NCBI RefSeq assembly: GCF_009914755.1
Contig: NC_060925.1
Origin: the human T2T-CHM13v2.0 reference genome, Homo sapiens
Reading direction: 5' to 3' (one strand)
DNA: 64,000 nt
Shown here: piece by piece, positions 55,300-64,000 of the stretch
How the letters are laid out: every line of letters begins with the position of its first letter
Numbering within the stretch: the first letter of the stretch is position 1
Notes under the pieces: model-generated
What the model saw: the letters and a program-made list of their open reading frames with translations, nothing else
What the model was told of the DNA's origin: nothing
Database searches by the model: none
Translations under genes and position numbers: made by a program

Positions 55300-58200
55300 G
55301 ACTCAGGAAAGAAATGAAGATGAAGCTTGAGATAATTTTAGAAATACAAAAGGATTCAGAGAATGGCAAAGGAAACTCAATTCTATTTAGAAATAAAATA
55401 TTCTAAAAAACTATACTCCCAAAGAAAAGGTTTTCTCATTTTGGTAATTGGGGCCTGCCTATTAGCATACCCACGAAGTCTTCTTTCCCTTCAGCATGTT
55501 GTTGAAACATACTTCTAGGACTACAGAGAAAATTACTATCATTATTAATCACTGTAGTCATAAATCTAAATGAACAGTGAAAACTTATTTGAGAATAATC
55601 TACTGCGTATAAGAAAGAGTGAAAAAACATTATTGAAACTGGAAGAAACAGAAATTGTGCATGCAAAAGAGGAAACTGGATAAAAATTCTACCAAGTAAC
55701 ATTGGAAAATTTAGAACTCTGTTTTAGCCAAATAAGAACAGGCTGCAATGATAAAGAACCAGTCAAAGAATAAGAATTAAATTTAGGAAATTCAAATATT
55801 AATCGTTTGGTCACCAGTGCCCAAAAATTAAAGAAAAGAAGCCAAGTAACAGAATGAGCATAGATGAAATACATATTAGTTATATACAGTCAGTAGAAGA
55901 AGATTTTTCAGAATATAAGACAAAATTGTTGGCCAGTAAGTTGAAAAAATATAATGCAAAATAAAATTAATAACAATATGGTAACCTGGGAAAAACAATT
56001 TAGATTATTTCAACACAACTTTAGGCAGAGGAGCAGTAGTGGAAGTATGCCTGTAATCTTGTATTTTTTCAGGAGAGATCGGTTGTAGATGGTGAACTAT
56101 TACCTAATTTGTTTGAAAATATGTTGAAATATAATTAATCAAAATTTACATATTATCATTAGAGATATAAAAATAGGAGATTTAACATTTAAGTCATTTG
56201 AGAGAGAGAGAGAGAGACAGAGAGGGAGAGAAACAGATATAGAGAGAAAGAGAGAGAGAGAGAAAAACTCAGAAATGAGAATCAGTGTAATCTATAAATT
56301 ATAAAACCATGGCCTTTAGAGTAAATATCTAATATCTGAGTCCTGGTTTGCCAATTTAACACTTATGAAATGTTGGACAAGTTAATGAATCTTACTAAGC
56401 CTCAGTTTCTTCACTTGCAACATGAATCATGAATCAAAAGGTTATTTTGAACATTAAATTAGATAAAAACCAAAAAGTTATTGGAATTTGGCTTGCTGCA
56501 TTGTAAAATATTTATACATGTCAGCTCATAATTAAGACTACAAATGACAGGAAAAATAGTAATAGGCAACTTGAAACGACAGCAATACATCCAAGTATAT
56601 CACTAGTCACAATAAATGTAACTGCATTAAATTTCCACATTAAAACACAGAATTCTAAAGTGAGTAAATGTGCAAAAATCGGACATATGCTGCTTACTAA
56701 AGATCTACCTATAATAAAATGTTACTAAAAATTTAAACTGGATAAAAAGGATACACTAGGTAAATGTTAAAACTAATAATAGTAGACAAAGAAAACGCAA
56801 ATAAAAACAAGTTAAACAGAAATTTTATAAGAGAAAATGTACATTCATTCACTCATTTATTAATATCGACATTTATTTTCTGAACATTTACAATGAGCCA
56901 GGCATTGTAAAAGTGCTGGAACTATAATACTTATCTAGGCAAACACATTCCCTGCCTTCGAGGAGCTTAATTCCAATGAGAGTAGATAATAAATTTATGG
57001 ATTTATAAATATAATTGGCAGTGATGAGAGCTATGAATAATAAGCAGATGAAGGAGAGTGAGAATGATGGGTTTCTCTCTTAGTAGGGTAGTAAGAAATG
57101 CCTTTCTGAGATGGTCACCTGAATTGAGTGAGCAAGTCATATGACTGTACGGGGCAGGATGGGCAGGAAGATGTTCTAGGCAAAGTAAACAGCATGATTT
57201 ATTTTCTTTATGCAATGTGTACACAATGCAAAGACCCTGCGTCAAGAGCAATCCACAAAAAATGGCATCCAGAGAGATAAAAAAAAGCTCTTAGTAATAC
57301 AAGGAGACATCCAGAAATGCTATGATAATGAGTTGCTTTAATACTGTCCTTCAGAAATTGATAAACAGTAATAGCAAAGGACATCATTTAAAAACTGAAT
57401 TAATAATGTTGGTTGAATATATATGTACATACATTGTTAACCAACAAGAAAAACACATTTTTTTCAAATATACAAAGAATAGTTAAGAATTAGCCCTACG
57501 TTAGCCATGAAGAAAACTAATACATTCTATAAATTCAAATCAATAGGTGGGTATTTTCTGATTATAATGCAATAAAAGTAGATATTAGAAAAACATATAG
57601 CCAAATATTGTATCCATTTGGAAACTTATACTGTTCTAACTAAAACTAAGGTTAAGGAAGAAATCATATTAGAATTACAAAGTATTTAGAGATAAATGCA
57701 AATGAAATTACCATTTACAAAATACATGAAAGTACTTAAATGTAAGCCAGTATTCCAATGGCTATGTATTATTTAAGCACTGTGTTTTAGAAAACAAGAA
57801 AAAATGAAAACAAATTGGGTTCCATTGAAAATAAAAAAACAAACATATAGAGAGTTAAAAAATATAAAAACAGAAAATAATGAAATATAAAACTACAAAA
57901 TGAATAAAAAACATAATCTTTAATTAAATAAAAAGCTATTTTATTAAAGAAAATCAATAAAATTGATAAATATTTAGCTATTTAAAGCTAACCACCCCCA
58001 ACTAAGCATATTATAAATGAGCAAAGAAAAAATAACCACAGCTACAAAAGGATTTTAAAATTCAAGAATATGCTTATTGCTTTTATATTACTGAATCTGG
58101 AAATAGATGAAGTTGATGACTTTCTAAAAATATATAAAGAATGAAAACTGACTCCAGATGTGTATAACCTGAAAAATACAATAGTCATAGAAGAAGTTGA

Positions 58201-58700
58201 AATGATTGTAGAAGACATGACTAACTATATAGAAAAGTTCTAGAGAAATTCTGTCAAATTTCAAGAAACATGCAATTTCTCTGTTATTTAAACTTTTTCA
58301 GAGAACAGAAAAATATAAAACATTTTCAACTCATTTTTCAAGACTACCATAATCTTGACACTAAAGTTGAACAGAGTATCAAAAGCTGTAGATCAATCTC
58401 ATTTATGACAGTAGACATAAAAATCCTTAATAAATATATGCAAGTAAAATCCAGTGGCATACAAAAAATAATACATCATACAGGAATGTCTCCATAGAGG
58501 TAATCTATTAATGCAATGTTTTGCATTTTTAGATTTAAAGAGAAACAACTGCATGACAATTTTGATAGAGACCCCAAAGCCCGCTTCATAGATATTCATA
58601 AAAAATTAGGAAAAGATCATCTTTAGTTTGATGAAAGATATCTACCAGGGAACTACTGCAAACATCAAATGAAACAGTGAACTTTTAGTTTCACTATTTA
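55300..58700 (+). mobile_element. Highly degraded L1ME-type element (ORF1 end to ORF2), interrupted by (GA)n 56200-56262, MIR 56310-56530 and L2 56840-57250
   Basis: atccaagtatatcactagtcacaataaatgtaa (ORF2 start region); aatcaataaaattgataaa; tcaatctcatttatga...aaaatccttaataaa. Confidence 0.65.
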
Positions 58701-58828
58701 CGGAACATTTTAGTTTTCCATTGACAGTAAAAATGGGACAATGCATGAGAGGTCACCAAAATGACGTCTATAGAAAGACAACTTGTTGACTGAAGAAAGA
58801 GAAAATCATTGAGTAATTCCACAAAGCT

Positions 58829-58972
58829 TGCTTATTTCAAGCATAACTTTCAAATGAGACTTGTGCGTACTTTTTAGCCCAAGTAATTACCTGTTTTTTT
58901 CATGCTTATTTCAAGCATAACTTTCAAATGAGACTTGTGGATACTTTTTAACCAAAGTAATTACCTGTTTTT
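58829..58972. repeat. Two-copy tandem duplication, period 74 bp
   Basis: 58829-58898 versus 58903-58972, 4 mismatches in 70 bp. Confidence 0.95.
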
Positions 58973-59907
58973 GTGACATGTTAAAAGTACCCTTTTCTAA
59001 GGAAGAAAAACTACTCCTAGGCAATGCACAATTTTCTTTTGCATAATTGCGATTTGATAGACACATTCTTACGCAGCATAGCTCATACAGCAGGAGTGTT
59101 ATTGAATAAATAAATTAATAGTTAGTTTTAAGTGCATGTTTTATTGCAGCCAAACAGTTCAAATGAATCATCAGATGTTTCTGTGGGCTTTTATGCTCCC
59201 TAGAAGGCACACAAATTGACACTGACTATAGGGCTTAGAGCCTAAAAGAATCATCCTGAAAGTCAGCATTCGTTTTGAAAATTGAAAACAACTCAAGTTC
59301 TCTAGGGAGACGTTTTGGGAACCAGCACAAGATTTTTAAAAATCTAAGAAGTTTTTTGATATATAATTTAAAGCGTGTTAAATTACTTCTATTTAACTGA
59401 TTCATGGGATTGTCTGACACACTAGTTTATCTGTAAAACATACCTTGTGAAGCTCCAGACATGATGGCCTCCCATGTAGGAGGTCACACTGCAGAAAGCC
59501 CTCTCACTGCTGCTGTCACCAAATGAATTCAATGCTTCCTAAGAGGTGTTTGTGTTTATTCGCAAACATGTTTGTGTCTGTTGTAATTGTTATTTAAATT
59601 AGGTAATTTAATAATATGTAAAGCAATGACAGACAATAATGTAAAACAGAATTACTGTTCCCATAAAGTTGAAAGTTTGGAAAATTTAATCAAAACTTAA
59701 TCAAGTGGCTACCTTTTACCTTATACCTTCTCAATATTCATATCTTGTCAGTAGTGGGCCTTACAAATAACTTCTCCCAATCTGCTATGATGTCTGATTA
59801 CTTTATCCATGTTATTCTTTAAAGGTAGAAATCAATTTTTGCCTTATAATTTGGGCTTTTAAAAAAAAGTCCATCACCATCCCTATGTAGAAAGATATAT
59901 TTCTACA

Positions 59908-60080
59908 TAGGACTGGCTACATAAATTGCCAACCCAGTGCAAAATGAAAGTGTGGGGCCCTTTGTTTAAAAAAGTATTAAGAATTTCAAGATGACAACAA
60001 CAAGTAGGGCATTCAACCACACACTGACCCTTTCTAAGCATTGGCCTCTGTGGTGTCCCACACCCATGAAGACGGTTCTG
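59908..60080 (-). mobile_element. MER45A (hAT-Tip100)
   Basis: taggactggctacataa...cagtgcaaaatgaaa...aagaatttcaagatg...cccatgaagacggttctg; 8-bp TSD TTTCTACA/TTTCTATA. Confidence 0.9.
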
Positions 60081-60371
60081 TTTCTATATCATCTCCTATG
60101 AGTATAATTGTTTTACTTTTTACATTTAAGTTTTGAATCTTTCTGGAGTCTACATTTGTATAAAATGTTTTGTAGAGGTTAAGTATTTTTTTCCCCTCAC
60201 ACAGCGAGTGAGTTTTCCTGAAATCATTTACTAAGGAGCCTATTCATTCCTTACTGTTTCATGGTGCCATTCTAATCATGTATTAGGTTTTATATAGATC
60301 TCTCCCTGAGCTCTCCATTCAATTCCAGTGATCTGTGTGTGTGTGCATGGGGGTGTGTGTGTGTGTATGTG

Positions 60372-61042
60372 TGTTACAAGGGCTAGAAAGAAATTTTTAG
60401 GCAGATAGCGAGGATAAAGGAGTCCTTGGCAAGGCTTCCATTTTAATAAAAAGCAGTCCCCAAATCATGTTTTTTCAAACGAAGAGTGGCCTGAAAAATT
60501 GAGCTGCAGACATAGATAAGCACCTGGAAGTTTGCACAGGTGAATGCTGGCAGCTGTGCCAATAAAAAAGGGCTACCTGAGGGCCAGGCATGTTCAACTT
60601 GGAGGCTTCATCTTCCCTTTTCTTTGTCACCACGCGTACAGTAAAAAAAGCAGGCAACATGGCATCGGCCAGGTAAAGAACCTATCTGCATAATAAAAGA
60701 TTAGGATGGGGCAGCCAGTTTCTTCACACGCTATGCAAATGACAAACCTAGTCTTAACCAGTTCTTCACACGCTATGCAAATGACACACCTGGTCCCACC
60801 AATCTTTCATGCCCTGTGAAAATCAGACACCGCCTCCTCAAGCTCATCTAGAAAGCCTCCTGTGTTTCAACACAGAAGCAGCAATCCGTTTTCTCCAGGA
60901 CCCCTCTCTGTGCAGAGAGCTCTTCTTTTCCCCTGTTAAACTTCCGCTCTTAACCTCACTCTGGTGTGTCTGGGTCCTAGTTTTCTGTGGCTGTGAGACA
61001 ACGAATATTGGGTATTTACCCCAGACAAACGATGCTACTTCA
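60372..61042 (+). mobile_element. MER50 ERV1 solo LTR
   Basis: tgttac...ttttaggcagatag...gctgcagacatagataagc...tatttaccccagacaaacgatgctacttca. Confidence 0.85.
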
Positions 61043-61319
61043 TATGTAGGTGCAAGCACCTGTGTGTTTTATACTTTGGCTATTTCTCCCCTTTTTCTCT
61101 TCTAAGTTGCCTTTGCTAATCACATAAAATTTTAGAATAAATGTATTAAGGACCTTTAGAAAACTTCAGCAGAGATTGTGATGAGAATTGTGTTAAATTA
61201 GTAGATTAATTAGGGGAAGAATTGGTACCTTTGTAATATCTGTCTGTTCACCCAAGAACTTGGACCATCTATTTAAAGAGATTTTTTTAAAGCCTTTATT
61301 AGAGTATTCAAATTTTCTC

Positions 61320-61431
61320 TAGAGGCTTTGTGCACTTTTGGTTAAGTTATATCTTGAATTTCATTAGTTTTTGTAGAGGCTTTGTACACTTTTGGTTAAG
61401 TTATATCTTGAATTTTATTAGTTTTTGTAGA
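61320..61431. repeat. Two-copy tandem duplication, period 54 bp
   Basis: 61320-61373 versus 61374-61427, 2 mismatches, TAGA junction microhomology. Confidence 0.95.
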
Positions 61432-61590
61432 TTCTTGTATTTTCTAAGATATATTTTTAATTGATTATAATTTGGAAACATATCTATTTTAAAAGACAGA
61501 TTTTCTATCCCAAATTATTTGATTACTTCTAAGAATTTGGCTATTAATTTTGTATTTTTCTCCTGTGGAGATGGTTATATCATCTACAAG

Positions 61591-62591
61591 TAAGACCAGC
61601 TATATAACTTGCAGGGCTAGGGTAAAATGCAAATTCAGGGATCCTTGTTCAGAAAGCAGGAAATAGATAAGAGCTGTTAAAGGTACTAAAATAAAAAGTT
61701 CAATAGGCTCTCTCTTAATGTGTCATGATATTTCATATTTGCTATTAAATGTTCTTCTAAGAAAGTAAAATTAAAATGTTAATTTATTTGTATAAATTTT
61801 ACTATTTATCTTTAGTACTGCGCAATGCCAGTTTTAAATGCAAATAAAAGAGTATTTAACTTGAATTCAGAGTTATACAATTCAGGGTAATAATGCCTGT
61901 ATTTACCAGAACAGTGGAAATGGTCCACAAGAAAACATCCACTGTTTGTGTTTCTCTTTTTGATTTGTGCTGAGCATCCTACCAATACTCTACCTTCTGT
62001 TTACTGATGAGTAAGGAAAGACTGAAAGGAAAGGAATTTTGGGTTATCCTATCTTTCCCTTTTCTTCTATATCATAATAATCAGCATAAGTGGTTGGCTA
62101 ATACAGAGAAGAAACATGAGTGAGAAAGAATATGGTAGGTCTTCTTGGTCATTCATTTTTCTTAGAATGTCACTGCCGTCTTTCTGCATTAGAAGAAAGT
62201 TCTGGTTTGAACCAAAATAGCATGTTCTTTCCAGGCTGTCAGGACCCTACTTAGTCATAGACATAATACGCTTACCTTTACACTTGCTTTGAGTATTGCT
62301 CAACTTAGTTGCATCATGGGCCTACCACATACTGCACTCATGAGGCATTGTGACCTCTATATGTAAATGGCAAGGCAAGGAATAGCAGACAACTTATTGC
62401 ATGTTTCTCTTCTACTCATGATGCACATGCTCAATTATCCCATCAGACTTCATTTGCAAAACAAAAATTAGAAAATAAAATTATGAAGAAATCCAGAATG
62501 GCTACAACAGAGCATCAAACCAAGCATGAAGCCCTTCTGAGCTCAGGGCCCTGTGTCACTGCAAAGGTGGCCCAGCCATGAAGTTAACCCT
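61591..62591 (-). mobile_element. MER45B-like (~1 kb hAT-Tip100)
   Basis: Same termini as MER45A (agaccagctatataa...; cagagcatcaaaccaagc...cagggccctgtg...ccatgaag); TSD TCTACAAG/TCTGCAAA. Confidence 0.85.
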
Positions 62592-63036
62592 TCTGCAAAT
62601 AATGACTGCAACTTATGACTGTTCCATCTCTTCCCTTCCAATCTCAATACTTTTTATTTCTTTTTTATTTTATTACAGAATTTTCCAGTGGTAACATTAG
62701 ATATTTAGCTAATAACAAATGTCTGATAATAGTAGCAATATTTGTCATTCTATTCTTGTCCCTGATCAAATGTGTCTAAAGTTTCTATATAAAATAACAT
62801 TTTTACTAAATTTCTATTATATAACTTTTACAAATATAAGAAATTTTATTTCTGTTCCTAACTTGTCAATTTTTTAATCATAAATTTGCATTAAAGTTTG
62901 TTTAATACTTTTTCTGAACCAATTGACCTGACCATATGAATTTTCTTCCTAATCTCTTAATATGGTAAATTGTGTTGATTGACTTTTTGTCACTGACCTA
63001 TCCTTGCCTGCATGAGATAAATTCTACTTAATACTA

Positions 63037-63568
<532 letters not shown>

Positions 63569-63796
63569 TACCACTGGGTTTGGTTATTTAATACTTTAAG
63601 ATTTTTATATCTGTGTTCAGAGTGAAATTGGCTTATGGTATTCTTTCTGATTTCCTTCATTCAGTGTTGAAACAAGGACTTTCTTCATAAAACAAGCTGT
63701 ACAGCTTTTGCCATATTATAGTGTCCTCAATGTTGATTAGTTCTAAGTGTTACAAATTCTAAGTGTACATTTCTGTTCTAAGCATAATTTCTATAA

Positions 63797-64000
63797 TGTG
63801 GTAATTATTACTGCTTTTCATCAAATATATCTGGCTGTCTCCTTTCTGAGTTCATGGTAGAATTGCATTTCTTCACATCTTTTGAAGTTAGATATAGACA
63901 TGTGATTTCTTTTGGCTGTGTGAAGTATGAGAGGAATTGACATCAGTTCTGGACAGAAATATTAATGGTGAGTTTAAGTCACCATGATCTTTGTACCCTG
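63797..64000 (+). mobile_element. MLT1I-like LTR, runs off the window
   Basis: catggtagaattgcatttc...tgaagttag...catgtgatttcttttggc. Confidence 0.6.

Overview
This is primate (human-like) non-coding genomic DNA dominated by transposable elements. I found no host protein-coding exon, tRNA, rRNA or CRISPR array. Every ORF I can recognise in the track is an L1 fragment, an LTR/Alu read-through or a low-complexity artefact. Main landmarks: (1) a solo LTR12 (ERV9) on + at 1497-2220; (2) a full-length, TSD-flanked but dead L1PA5/6-type LINE-1 on - at 25321-31485; (3) a near-perfect CTCF motif paired with a palindromic YY1 site at 31755-31824, about 270 bp beyond the L1 5' end; (4) a CpG-rich solo LTR12C on - at 52659-54082 with an exact TSD; (5) seven Alus, several MaLR/ERV LTRs, hAT and mariner DNA-transposon fossils, and older L1M/L2/MIR pieces, often nested. 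The most interesting signals are regulatory (CTCF/YY1 next to the L1 antisense promoter; convergent LTR12 promoters) and mutational (a serial fold-back scar and several local tandem duplications). I cannot support a novel gene system here. Subfamily calls come from remembered consensus features and need RepeatMasker/Dfam confirmation; boundaries of old repeats are approximate.
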